The notes below the pieces were generated by a model that searched no databases, was not told the origin of the DNA, and saw nothing but the letters and a program-made list of their open reading frames with translations. A program made the translations under genes and the position numbers. From a virus, in the IMG/VR virus record IMGVR_UViG_3300046542_000271, positions 32,001-96,000 of that record: a DNA stretch of 64,000 nt, one strand, 5' to 3'. The first letter of the stretch is position 1; each line of letters starts with the position of its first letter. This document shows positions 35,405-44,906 of this stretch, piece after piece.

Positions 35405-35436
35405 AACTTTATTTCAGTCATACATAGTAGTCATGA
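35405..35436 (+). promoter_or_regulatory. Putative phage early promoter
   Basis: aactttatttCAGTCATACATagtagtcaTGA, near-identical to the 7385 copy. Confidence 0.7.
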
Positions 35437-35489
35437 ATCAACCATCTGATTCATCAATCGCAATTACTTAGTCCGTGGAGGACATTAAC

Positions 35490-35882
35490 ATGACTACTCA
35501 AATCGCTATCGCTGCAATCGAAGCTTCCCTGCGCAACAAGATCGTTAACGATGGCACAGTGATGGTCCGCCTGTCGGAAGAATGCCTGGCTCAGATGAAC
35601 TTCATCGTTGACCGCATCCGGGTCATGGCCAAGTACGACGAATCCAAACTGGACGCTGAACAAATGGAGTTCGCCGTCATGACTGCCGAGCGTTTCCATA
35701 ACTCGTCCATCGGCACCAAGATCACCGACGGCTACCTCGACCTGGAAGAAGAAACTCACGTCGAGCGTATCATGGCTGAGTTGGAAGAGCGGTTTGCCGA
35801 AGAGGACATGCCAATCGGCTTCATGGTTCCAGTGTTCCTGGTGAACAAGATCCTGAACGAAACCAAATCGTTCGCTCTGTAA
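35490..35882 (+). CDS. Hypothetical protein
   Basis: GGAGG SD; strong codon bias. Confidence 0.7.
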   Translation: MTTQIAIAAIEASLRNKIVNDGTVMVRLSEECLAQMNFIVDRIRVMAKYDESKLDAEQMEFAVMTAERFHNSSIGTKITDGYLDLEEETHVERIMAELEERFAEEDMPIGFMVPVFLVNKILNETKSFAL

Positions 35883-35942
35883 TACAAACCAATCCGGGGA
35901 GGCATGAGTCTCCCCAACCTAAAGTCCGTGGAGGACAAGCTT

Positions 35943-36314
35943 ATGTCGCGCAATGAATCCGCTGTAGCTGTAATCGCCGCCCTGCAAGCCAATGGTGGCA
36001 TGTTCATCGACGATCACCGCAAGGGTCGTGATGGCGAATCGAAAGCCCAGATGTTCGGCATCTACAAAGAACAGGGTAAGGAACATGCCTTCATCGGCTA
36101 CACCAACAGCCTGTTCTGCATCAACAAATGCTACATCGACGAAGCGGGCAAAGTGCATCTGTCCGAGTGGTCCGTCGGCGGTAACGTTCGCATCGATCGT
36201 TTCAAGGGTGACGTCGAAGGCGCCATCTTGCAGTTCAACGAAGACTGCGCCAAGTACAACAGCTTCGACAAGGAAGCTCGCATCAGCGAGTGGCACCTGA
36301 ACAAAGCTGCGTAA
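35943..36314 (+). CDS. Hypothetical protein
   Basis: GGAGG SD; strong codon bias. Confidence 0.7.
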   Translation: MSRNESAVAVIAALQANGGMFIDDHRKGRDGESKAQMFGIYKEQGKEHAFIGYTNSLFCINKCYIDEAGKVHLSEWSVGGNVRIDRFKGDVEGAILQFNEDCAKYNSFDKEARISEWHLNKAA

Positions 36315-36320
36315 GTACTA

Positions 36321-36360
36321 GAGGGCGGGGAGCAATCCCCGCCACTCACTCTTTTCTTTT
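36321..36360 (+). terminator. Intrinsic terminator
   Basis: ggcgggga-gcaa-tccccgcc followed by a T-tract. Confidence 0.75.
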
Positions 36361-36375
36361 ATCTGGAGAATCGTC

Positions 36376-36891
36376 ATGTGGCATCAGCATAAAGAAGCAC
36401 TCGCAATGTTCAATATCTGCACCCTGGTGCGCGATCAGTTGAATAAAGAACAAGTCGCTGGCGAGCCTATCGAGGATATCCTCAAGCGCCTCATCGGGTT
36501 CTACCAGGTCACCACCCAGAAGTTGGCCATGCTCGTTATGCAGGCGGATCGAGAGACCCAGACCAAGCATTTGTCCCACGTACTACAAACCAGCATCCAG
36601 GCCTATGTGGCGCATGACGAGTACATCGACTTCCCCACACTGCGCGAATACCTCACAGCCACCTGGCCTGACATGGACGTTGAAGGGGCGATCAATCCAA
36701 ACACGGTAACTTACCGAGACAAAGACGGTAATGTCCACGAACCGAAGGTGTTTGATCTCACACCCGACATGAAGATCATGTTGGAGAACGATGGGTTTAC
36801 TGGCCGCGCTAACCAACCTCTCGACATCGACGCGAGTAAGCCCGTTCAATACAGTTACGTCGACCAACTCAATAAGGAAAGTGACAAATGA
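36376..36891 (+). CDS. Hypothetical protein
   Basis: GGAG SD. Confidence 0.65.
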   Translation: MWHQHKEALAMFNICTLVRDQLNKEQVAGEPIEDILKRLIGFYQVTTQKLAMLVMQADRETQTKHLSHVLQTSIQAYVAHDEYIDFPTLREYLTATWPDMDVEGAINPNTVTYRDKDGNVHEPKVFDLTPDMKIMLENDGFTGRANQPLDIDASKPVQYSYVDQLNKESDK

Positions 36892-37082
36892 GCCGCACAT
36901 TCAACGCAGACTTCTGTGGTGATACCTTCAACTACGCCATCACGCCAAGTCGCGTGAAATCCTCACACATGAAGAAGAGTATGCATAAGCTGGCGCAGCA
37001 GATCTTCAACAACAAGTCTCTGCGTGCGAAGAACCGCATCCGTAAAGTTGCTCGGCAGTTCGCGGTAGTGACACTACGTTAA
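36888..37082 (+). CDS. Small basic protein
   Basis: K/R-rich, 64 aa; ATGA overlap. Confidence 0.6.
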   Translation: MSRTFNADFCGDTFNYAITPSRVKSSHMKKSMHKLAQQIFNNKSLRAKNRIRKVARQFAVVTLR

Positions 37083-37084
37083 CA

Positions 37085-37131
37085 GCATAGAGACAGGAGC
37101 TTACGCTCCTGTCTCTAGCTTTCTTTTTTTT
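37085..37131 (+). terminator. Intrinsic terminator between convergent genes
   Basis: gcatagagacaggagc-ttac-gctcctgtctcta followed by a T-tract. Confidence 0.85.
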
Positions 37132-37133
37132 GT

Positions 37134-37808
37134 TTACGCAGCCTTGCGAACGTTGCCAGGCAGGAAACCTTTCACCAACTTGTTGCGCACTTTCTGGATG
37201 CACTCCAAGCGGGTGATCTTGCCATCAGCGTTGAAGTCGATGCCTTTGTTCGGAAGGAACTGACTGTCGCCTTCTTGCCACAGCACGGTGTCGTCTGACT
37301 TGCCGATACCGGCTGGCCATAGGATGGCCAAATAGATGTCGCCCAGGTTCTGGATCTTCTTGCGGTAAGGCAGGAAGTGTTTCTCCACGTAGCCCAGTTG
37401 CTCGACCACAGACATCTTGGCCAGAGCTTCGACGGTCGTACCCAGGCCGATAGCCGTGTTCTTCATGAACTGGATCAAGCCGGTTGCAGTGGATACAGGA
37501 GACTTGATCGATGGACTGAAAGTCTCACCAGTCTCCCACGCCATGCAGCCCATGAAGTCCTGGACGTTATGCGGTGGTAAACCGAGGTTACGAACCACCT
37601 GACGCAGCTTGGTGATCTCCTGCTCGGTGAATTTCTTACCCCAAGGGATATCGACAGCGTCATTGCTAACGATGTTACTCGCCAGCAGGGCCTGATACGC
37701 CTTCTCGGAGTTGTTACCCCAGATGCCATCCGGAGTCCCAGGATTGAAGCCCAATTGCTTGAGCCAGGTCTGGGTTTCGAGGATGGTCTTGTTTGGCGTG
37801 GTAGCCAT
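37134..37808 (-). CDS. Modular endolysin: PG-binding domain + lysozyme/transglycosylase-like domain
   Basis: QTWLKQLGFNPGTPDGIWGNNS (PG_binding_1); MAWET...ATGLIQFM catalytic motif. Confidence 0.85.
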   Translation of the reverse strand: MATTPNKTILETQTWLKQLGFNPGTPDGIWGNNSEKAYQALLASNIVSNDAVDIPWGKKFTEQEITKLRQVVRNLGLPPHNVQDFMGCMAWETGETFSPSIKSPVSTATGLIQFMKNTAIGLGTTVEALAKMSVVEQLGYVEKHFLPYRKKIQNLGDIYLAILWPAGIGKSDDTVLWQEGDSQFLPNKGIDFNADGKITRLECIQKVRNKLVKGFLPGNVRKAA

Positions 37809-37818
37809 GGAACTCTCC

Positions 37819-38442
37819 TTACTGAGGCTGGGACTTGATGTAGCGAATGACTTCCCGTACTGGGTCGTCTTCTACCAGCGTGGTGAGGACAACGTCCTTT
37901 GGAGCAGTGTCTGGACCGTAGGAGAACTCCAGGGTCCGAGACGTGAGCGTGAGCGGAGTAGTGCTGCTGGCATTGAATGCTGCCACCAACTCCATGTCAC
38001 GGATGTTGTACTTGCGACCAATGGTCTTGGTGAACTCCAACGCCTGCAACGCGATCGACGTCTTCTGCTCATCACTGAGCATCTCGATGTCGTCTTCCAG
38101 CATGTAGTACGTCTGGAAGGTGTTCTTGGCGTAATACTCGACCATGATCGGCTTGGTGCAATCCCCTTTGGAGATGCAGTCAAACCAATCGCTATTGTCA
38201 GGTGCCTTCAGGATCGTCCCTGCGGCGTACTGAGCTGGAGTGGTCGGCATGGTAGCGTAGCGCATCACCTGGAACTCAAGACGGCTGACACCGCCTGGTG
38301 GACCACTACAGATCCATCGAGCGGCATGAATGCGAGCGAAGCCAGTGTAACGACCTCGCAACATCATCAAACCACGGTCCACCCCGACGTAGGGGTTGGT
38401 GTGCTGCACGTTGGTGGGGCTTTCCGGGATTGGGTGCGGCAT
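37819..38442 (-). CDS. Hypothetical protein at end of fibre operon
   Basis: Codon-biased ORF. Confidence 0.65.
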   Translation of the reverse strand: MPHPIPESPTNVQHTNPYVGVDRGLMMLRGRYTGFARIHAARWICSGPPGGVSRLEFQVMRYATMPTTPAQYAAGTILKAPDNSDWFDCISKGDCTKPIMVEYYAKNTFQTYYMLEDDIEMLSDEQKTSIALQALEFTKTIGRKYNIRDMELVAAFNASSTTPLTLTSRTLEFSYGPDTAPKDVVLTTLVEDDPVREVIRYIKSQPQ

Positions 38443-38451
38443 TGTTCTTCC

Positions 38452-39192
38452 TTACAGAGGATTCCAGGTAGCTGGGAGTTTGGTCGGTGCATCGATAGTA
38501 CCAGCCGATACAGGGATGACCGAACCACGCGGGATGAGGCTTGGACGGAAGGTGCTGATCCGGACAACAGGAGCCACCGTGATCGACGCAACGCCCGTAC
38601 CGTTAGTGACCACGGTGCCGATGTACATGATCGTGGCGGACTCAGGAGGAGAATCCGTACGCACCTGGTACAGTACCTGACCAAACCGCAGCTTCACGAA
38701 CAGGTAGAACGTCTTGTTGGCTGGCGATGGATCTGCCGAAGCCAAGTCGAGCGTAGCAATCGGAACGTTGTACGGAACGCCAGACATCACGATCGGTACG
38801 ACCTTGTTACAGGTAATACGAAACGCACTGCTTGTCCAGATAGTCGCGACGTTAACAGCCCGACTATCAAGCCATCCGTAGTGAGACAGCGGTACGATGG
38901 ATCGTGGGATCTTCGTGGTGAGTAGCCCATCCACCATAGGGGCGGAGTACGAACCGATACTGACCATGGACTCCCCGTGTGGGTTGTCCTTCCTGGCAGC
39001 GTGAGTCGCGAGTGCGTCCCGCGCTGCTTGTAGGAGTTTGGCGACAGTCCAGTCGACCTTGAGGATACCGGCATCGCCAGAGCGAACAGCCAGGGGACGA
39101 ATCCGCACTTTAAGGATGCGGATCATCTCGTTACGGTATTTCAAGAACGACTTGGTCCGGAAGAGCTTGAGAGCTGAAATAGGACCAGCCAT
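38452..39192 (-). CDS. Short tail-fibre/baseplate chain (cassette 2)
   Basis: HAARKDNPH; MYIG.VVTN...RGSVIPVSAG C-domain. Confidence 0.7.
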   Translation of the reverse strand: MAGPISALKLFRTKSFLKYRNEMIRILKVRIRPLAVRSGDAGILKVDWTVAKLLQAARDALATHAARKDNPHGESMVSIGSYSAPMVDGLLTTKIPRSIVPLSHYGWLDSRAVNVATIWTSSAFRITCNKVVPIVMSGVPYNVPIATLDLASADPSPANKTFYLFVKLRFGQVLYQVRTDSPPESATIMYIGTVVTNGTGVASITVAPVVRISTFRPSLIPRGSVIPVSAGTIDAPTKLPATWNPL

Positions 39193-39201
39193 GATGCCTC
39201 C

Positions 39202-39888
39202 TTATTGGAACCAAGTGGACGGAAGAGTACCCTGAGCAGCCTGAGTACCAGTCGAGTGCGGGATACCTTGACCACGCGGTGCATCAGTGATCGGGAAGTA
39301 GCCAATACGTGCACCCTTCTCCATCACGACACTCCACGTACTACCTGACTTGGTAGCGACGCCAATCGCGAACTCGTACTGACCTTCGCTAGCATCCGCG
39401 TCCAGGGAGAACGTCCCAACAACCGCCGGAGGCTCTCCCGTGAACGTGACCTTGACGTAGTACTTAGACCCAGCGCCCAACGCCAATGCCGCTCCAGGTA
39501 CCACGACAGTACGACCGTTGAAGATCAGGGTACTGGCAGGTACGTTGAGGTTACTGCCTGCGATGGTTGCAGCGATCAATGGGACCTTGCTGATCGGGAA
39601 GGCATCCTTGGGGAAGTACACCGCCGACTTCGCGTCGTACGTCGATTTGGCCATGCCACCCAGTTGAGCCAAGGTTTCGCCGTGAGAGCTAGGCTTGGCG
39701 GTCTCGTGGGTGGTAACCTCGCCCTTGATGATGGCGATGATATCTGCCAGCGAGAGTCCGGTGAGTTTGTCTGTGTCTCCAGACTCTCTGACGCGACCCG
39801 CCTTCGACTTGATCAGCCGAAAGATCTGAGTCTTGTACTTGCCGAACTTCAAGCTGAGAGCTGCTAACATCTCTGCGCTTGTGGCCAT
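39202..39888 (-). CDS. Short tail-fibre/baseplate chain (cassette 2)
   Basis: HETAKPSSH; RGQGIPHSTG. Confidence 0.7.
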   Translation of the reverse strand: MATSAEMLAALSLKFGKYKTQIFRLIKSKAGRVRESGDTDKLTGLSLADIIAIIKGEVTTHETAKPSSHGETLAQLGGMAKSTYDAKSAVYFPKDAFPISKVPLIAATIAGSNLNVPASTLIFNGRTVVVPGAALALGAGSKYYVKVTFTGEPPAVVGTFSLDADASEGQYEFAIGVATKSGSTWSVVMEKGARIGYFPITDAPRGQGIPHSTGTQAAQGTLPSTWFQ

Positions 39889-39891
39889 GAG

Positions 39892-42804
39892 TTATTTCCA
39901 GTTGAGGCGACCGTAGGAGTTTGGAGTACCCGAGGTCAACGAGAGAGACGAACCGCGATCTTCTGGCGACAACATGTAACCATCTACCGCCACATGCTTC
40001 TGAATGTTGATCACACTCAGGCCTGTACTGATCGTGGTGAAGTAGCCCAGGTACAACGCAGGTGCCGCAGGTGCCACGGTGGTGGTGTCGTTGATCTTGT
40101 ATTGCAGTTCATCACCCACTCGCACCAACCACACATGGAACGTCTTATTCCCATCGGTCGCTGGATTGAGATTGTAGTTGAACGGCTTCACTGGTTTGTA
40201 GTAACCGTCGAGCATCGCCGGTGTTTCATCGGAGAAGTAAACAGTCCACGCACTCACCACGCGTTGCGAGATCATGATGATGCCGTAGTTAGGATCCTTG
40301 GCCCGAGTCACGAGTTCAGGGACGCTCAACGTCGTGAGTTGGTCAGTCGCACACACCGCAGCCACCATCTTCGATCCACAGTCAACCTCACCGTAGATGA
40401 ATTCCGACGACAGGACCCAATACAGACCACGACTAGGTAAGTTCACCCAACCGCCCGGTGCCGTACCATTCCAGTAGTCCCAGTGCGTCAGTCCGACGTT
40501 GGCGAAGCCGCCACCTGGGGTGTACTGCATAGTCAGCATGACGTGACCGTTGTTACCCACGACGCCGTAGTAGCTACTGTCAGAGTAACCAATCACGAAT
40601 CCGCCGTTCACGCGACGGATAGCCACCTGACCAGCATCCTGTTCAGGAACCAGGCCCATCAGAGTGTTGCCACTGTTGGCCCTGGTTAGCATCATCCCAG
40701 CGCCCGTGATCGACGCACCCGTTACCGCCTGACGACTACCCGAGATGTTCACCGGATAGCAGAACACGTAAAGCGCCCGGTCGGTGTGGATGTACGTACC
40801 GATCACGAATGGCGGCAAGTCGGTATAGACCTGCGGGATGATGAGCTCAAACGCCATCATCGGGACGCCAGGCGGAATGGTCGACAAGGCGTAACCGCGA
40901 GCTGACATATCACCCAAGATCTGCGCATGTAGGCTTGCCATCACAGCCTGAGGAACAGTGATCGATCCGGACAGTTGTAGGTTACGATCCACGTTCGCTG
41001 CCCGCGACGTCTCGGCAGGCCACCAATTCGAGAACCGCGCCTGAGATACTTTCGACACGCCAGGCGACGCTTCGTTCAGGAAACGTCTGAAGTTGGTTGG
41101 CGTTACGCCGAGTTCGTTATAGGAAGTCCGATCGGATGTCGGAGCGAACCCTTTAAACGCATAGTTACCCGTCACCGACGAATACTGGAACGTTGGGTTG
41201 CCTTGAAGTACCGACCGTACGTAGAAGTTATCCACCACGCCATTATAACGACCGTAGTTCAGACAGGTGACCACATCGTCACCCACGTTACTCACGGCGC
41301 GGTAAGACGTTGTCAGCGCACTACCAAAGCGACCTACCGGATATACTCGAGAACCTGCCTGATAGTCGTGCTCACCCGCCAACACTTCCATCGGGTCGAG
41401 CGTTGTGTCGTAGGCGAACCGCACCATGCTGAGGTTAATCGACTGGTACGAGGTCGATGTCCACAACCACACCTGGTTATAGATGTTGGAATAGATCGAC
41501 GACGTGTCCTGACCGTAATGCCAATCTTGGTGAGAGGTTTTGGCGAACGTACGCAAGCAGGCCGATTCCGACACATCCCAGCCAGCCGCACCGTAATTGA
41601 TGGACGCCTTCCAGTTGTGGTACGGCGACACATCGATCTGCTTGTTCTCGTTGAACTCGTACTTGAAGTACCATTGATAGCCGGTGATCTGGGTCGCATT
41701 ATCGCCGGGATAGTACTGCACGTAGTGTGCGAAGAAAATGCCGGTGTTGCCGTTGTCACGAGTGAGGGCGGACGGCGTGTTGGAGCCGTTGGTTGCCCAG
41801 ACCGTGGTGTTTGGCTTGCCGGTGTTGTTCGAAGAGCTGATGACGTCGTCAAACAGGATGATGTCATCTCGGATCACAGTACCTGCAACACCGCGATTGA
41901 TGGTCCAACCCGTGATGCGAGTAGCGCCGTTGAAGACGCCGGTGATCAGGTCGTTCTTGTTGAGCCGCCATACACGGTGACCCATCTTACCTTCCTGATG
42001 GATGTCGTGCAGGATGTAGACGTAGTTACCCTTCACGAACCCAAACGGGATGTGGTACAGGGCCGGCATCGGACCCTTGACCTCGAGGAAGTTGCCATTC
42101 GGGACGAAGACACCGGTGTGCTTGGTTTGGTCCATCGTGTTGTTGGTCAACGAGATGAAGTAACCTGTGTGCGCACCAGTGACTGAGTCCTTCATGATAC
42201 CCGTGATGACATCTTGGGTACCGTTGAGGATCGCCTTGGCTCGCATCCCGGCTGGGAAGTAAGCGGGACGATACTCAACGTTGGTCATGACCAAGTTGTT
42301 CATGTCCGTTTCCGTCATGGCGTTACGCAGGTACGAGTAGTACACACCTGCGCTGTCACCATCGGTACCCGAACGGAGGATCATCAGCGTACCGTTATCC
42401 TCCATCATCATCGCCACGTTGTTGTACGGCGTGGTGTTACTGCCCGATTCGTAACTACCGGTCACCGCAGGTGGTAGAAACTCGTTGTCACCGTAGAAAC
42501 TCAGCGGAACGCCACCATTGTTGTCAGCCAGCATGTCGAACTTGGCTTCGTACTCGATAGCCGAGTAACTACCCACATCACCTGGTTTGAGGTTGTGGAC
42601 GTTGATCCCAACCTTCTGGGTGTGCTTAGTGACCTCAGCTACTGCCAATGCCGAGATCTCAGCGGGAGTCTTACCGCCGAGCTTAACTGCGGTGTCCGCG
42701 TAGTCCGCAAAATCCGCAGGTTTATCGAGAGCCTTGATCAACTCCACTTTGAAGTCTTTCAGCTGGACTTTCAGAGCAGCCAGGGCTGCATCATTGTTTG
42801 CCAT
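39892..42804 (-). CDS. Long tail-fibre/receptor-binding chain (cassette 2, 970 aa)
   Basis: Shares N- and C-domains with the short chains and carries a ~730-aa beta-rich insert. Confidence 0.7.
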   Translation of the reverse strand: MANNDAALAALKVQLKDFKVELIKALDKPADFADYADTAVKLGGKTPAEISALAVAEVTKHTQKVGINVHNLKPGDVGSYSAIEYEAKFDMLADNNGGVPLSFYGDNEFLPPAVTGSYESGSNTTPYNNVAMMMEDNGTLMILRSGTDGDSAGVYYSYLRNAMTETDMNNLVMTNVEYRPAYFPAGMRAKAILNGTQDVITGIMKDSVTGAHTGYFISLTNNTMDQTKHTGVFVPNGNFLEVKGPMPALYHIPFGFVKGNYVYILHDIHQEGKMGHRVWRLNKNDLITGVFNGATRITGWTINRGVAGTVIRDDIILFDDVISSSNNTGKPNTTVWATNGSNTPSALTRDNGNTGIFFAHYVQYYPGDNATQITGYQWYFKYEFNENKQIDVSPYHNWKASINYGAAGWDVSESACLRTFAKTSHQDWHYGQDTSSIYSNIYNQVWLWTSTSYQSINLSMVRFAYDTTLDPMEVLAGEHDYQAGSRVYPVGRFGSALTTSYRAVSNVGDDVVTCLNYGRYNGVVDNFYVRSVLQGNPTFQYSSVTGNYAFKGFAPTSDRTSYNELGVTPTNFRRFLNEASPGVSKVSQARFSNWWPAETSRAANVDRNLQLSGSITVPQAVMASLHAQILGDMSARGYALSTIPPGVPMMAFELIIPQVYTDLPPFVIGTYIHTDRALYVFCYPVNISGSRQAVTGASITGAGMMLTRANSGNTLMGLVPEQDAGQVAIRRVNGGFVIGYSDSSYYGVVGNNGHVMLTMQYTPGGGFANVGLTHWDYWNGTAPGGWVNLPSRGLYWVLSSEFIYGEVDCGSKMVAAVCATDQLTTLSVPELVTRAKDPNYGIIMISQRVVSAWTVYFSDETPAMLDGYYKPVKPFNYNLNPATDGNKTFHVWLVRVGDELQYKINDTTTVAPAAPALYLGYFTTISTGLSVINIQKHVAVDGYMLSPEDRGSSLSLTSGTPNSYGRLNWK

Positions 42805-42827
42805 GACCGGTAGTTCCTATCGAAAGA

Positions 42828-43469
42828 TTACAGAAGCGCGAGTTCGGACGCTGCGATGTCAAACTCATTCGCGATGCCCAGGCAGAACGCATCGTAGTCC
42901 GCAAACTTCGCACGAATCTGGTCGAGCAACAGTTGACGACTGGCAGTGTCACCCTCACGGATGGCTGCTGCGATGTCATAGTTGGACTCGATCAGATATT
43001 TGAGACCATATAAGTCGTAGGCACTGTGCAAGTGTGGTGTCGGCACAAATTGCGACGGGATACCGATGATGTCACCCCAGGCAATAACCCGGTTATCATC
43101 CGTCAGATCCTCGATTGCCTGCAAGATAGCGTACAGGGAATACGAGAACTCACCACCGACCATTTGCGCACTGATGGAGACCTGAGTGCCCACAGTCGGG
43201 TTGATGATCCGTACCGCGGTGTAGACCGACTGACCAGTGGCGAGGGAAGCCTCACGGTAGTGGTGGACCAACACGTAGTCGGTAACCGGAACCAGGACCT
43301 TGCCAGAGACGACGTCCTTGATGATGGCGGTAGAACCGAAGAACGGACCGTAGTCCGCTGCGAACAAACGACCACGCAAAGCGCCGATCGTGTGCACTTC
43401 GTTCGTCACCTTGTTGGTTGGGCTTGTCCCCAGGAGGTCCAACGGGTATTTGAAGATGGTACCAGCCAT
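42828..43469 (-). CDS. Fibre adaptor/attachment protein (cassette 2)
   Basis: YPLDLLG..PTNKV..E, GPFF, HLH motif. Confidence 0.65.
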   Translation of the reverse strand: MAGTIFKYPLDLLGTSPTNKVTNEVHTIGALRGRLFAADYGPFFGSTAIIKDVVSGKVLVPVTDYVLVHHYREASLATGQSVYTAVRIINPTVGTQVSISAQMVGGEFSYSLYAILQAIEDLTDDNRVIAWGDIIGIPSQFVPTPHLHSAYDLYGLKYLIESNYDIAAAIREGDTASRQLLLDQIRAKFADYDAFCLGIANEFDIAASELALL

Positions 43470-43484
43470 TGTAATGACCTCTAA

Positions 43485-44183
43485 TTAGTTGAACCAGCCA
43501 GCAGCCAGCTTCGAAGGATCGCTCGCATTACCAGTTGCTACCGGGATAGCAGAACCGATTGGCGAGGTGCTGACCCGATACGTGTCAATCCGCGTCACCC
43601 GAGAGATCGACAATGTCGTCACTGCCGTGGCACTGGTCACCACCCGACCGATGTACATCCGGGTAGCGGTCTCAGCCAAGTCCTGGGTGCTGAAGTAGTA
43701 GCTGATCGCACTACCGTTCCAACGCAGGTACACGTAGTAGGTCGTGCTCGGCGACAGATCGATACTGAACGGAGCCACCTTACGGCTGTACCCGTTCATC
43801 ATGGCCGCTACATCAGCCGTGAATGTCACGGTCAACCCAGTGGACGACACCGGGATAGCGGCGTTAGTCAACTCACCGTAGCGAGAGATCGGCAGAATAC
43901 CCTCAGGGATGCGTCCGGCGATGGAGTTGTCCACCGTCGGCTTGATCGTACCCAGCAGCTGGATGGCCGTTGTGCCGTGAGGGTTTTCTTTATTGTTGAT
44001 GTGGAGGTTAGCTTCAGCCTTGGCTTCGTTGCCAAGCGAAGTCGCCGTGTATTCGCCAAGTCGTAAGGTGTTGTCGGCCACATCAGCCCCCTCCGCCTTA
44101 CGTGCAAGTAGGGTCAACAAGTGACCCTTCATGCGATTGAACTCGGCCGCCATGTTGTCTACCAAAATGGTGATGGCACTCAT
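43485..44183 (-). CDS. Short tail-fibre/baseplate chain (cassette 1)
   Basis: HINNKENPH; PISRYG; MYIGRVVT. Confidence 0.7.
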   Translation of the reverse strand: MSAITILVDNMAAEFNRMKGHLLTLLARKAEGADVADNTLRLGEYTATSLGNEAKAEANLHINNKENPHGTTAIQLLGTIKPTVDNSIAGRIPEGILPISRYGELTNAAIPVSSTGLTVTFTADVAAMMNGYSRKVAPFSIDLSPSTTYYVYLRWNGSAISYYFSTQDLAETATRMYIGRVVTSATAVTTLSISRVTRIDTYRVSTSPIGSAIPVATGNASDPSKLAAGWFN

Positions 44184-44195
44184 TACTTGACCTCG

Positions 44196-44903
44196 TTATG
44201 GTTTCCAGTCGGCTGGGATAGTACCAGTCGCGGTTGGTAGACCTGTGGACGATGGGATACCAGCACCCATACCCGACGGCGTCAGACGGAAGTTATCGAT
44301 CTTACAGAACTTACCGATAGTACCGCTGACGATCTGCGTGGCGTTGGTCGTGACCGAACCGATGTACATCCGAGTCGTACTCTCCGACAACCAGACGTCC
44401 GACAAGGTAATAGAAGCCAACTCGTTAGCGATGGTGACGTAGACGAAAATCGTCTTGTTGGCTGGAGTACCCGTCAATGGAATCGTCTGGCCGGACAGCG
44501 AGTAGGACTTACCGCTGATCATGAGTGGGATAGTGCCCGTGAACACGATACTCATACCGGTGTACGACACAGCCAACGCCGTGGCACTCAACGCGCCAAA
44601 CTGACTGAGTGGCAGGAGACCCACCCGCAACAGCGGGTCAGTGAGATCTGCCAGTTCATTCGGCGTGTACGCATTGAGTTGCTCAGGCGTCAGCGTGTGG
44701 GCGTTGTTGGTACGCGCTGCGTGAGTGTTGATGAGGGTATCCACCGGCGTTTGAATCTGCGCCGGTGTTTGCCCGTTCAACGTGGTAGCGTTTTCAGACG
44801 TGGCTGAGGTTGGGGCTTTCCGAGACAAGAGGCGAACCATCTCGTCCGAGAACTCCTTGATCTCCACCAGCAACGTCGCGATTTTCTCCTGGACCGTTGG
44901 CAT
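44196..44903 (-). CDS. Short tail-fibre/baseplate chain (cassette 1)
   Basis: HAARTNNAH; MYIGSVTTN. Confidence 0.7.
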   Translation of the reverse strand: MPTVQEKIATLLVEIKEFSDEMVRLLSRKAPTSATSENATTLNGQTPAQIQTPVDTLINTHAARTNNAHTLTPEQLNAYTPNELADLTDPLLRVGLLPLSQFGALSATALAVSYTGMSIVFTGTIPLMISGKSYSLSGQTIPLTGTPANKTIFVYVTIANELASITLSDVWLSESTTRMYIGSVTTNATQIVSGTIGKFCKIDNFRLTPSGMGAGIPSSTGLPTATGTIPADWKP

Positions 44904-44906
44904 GTA

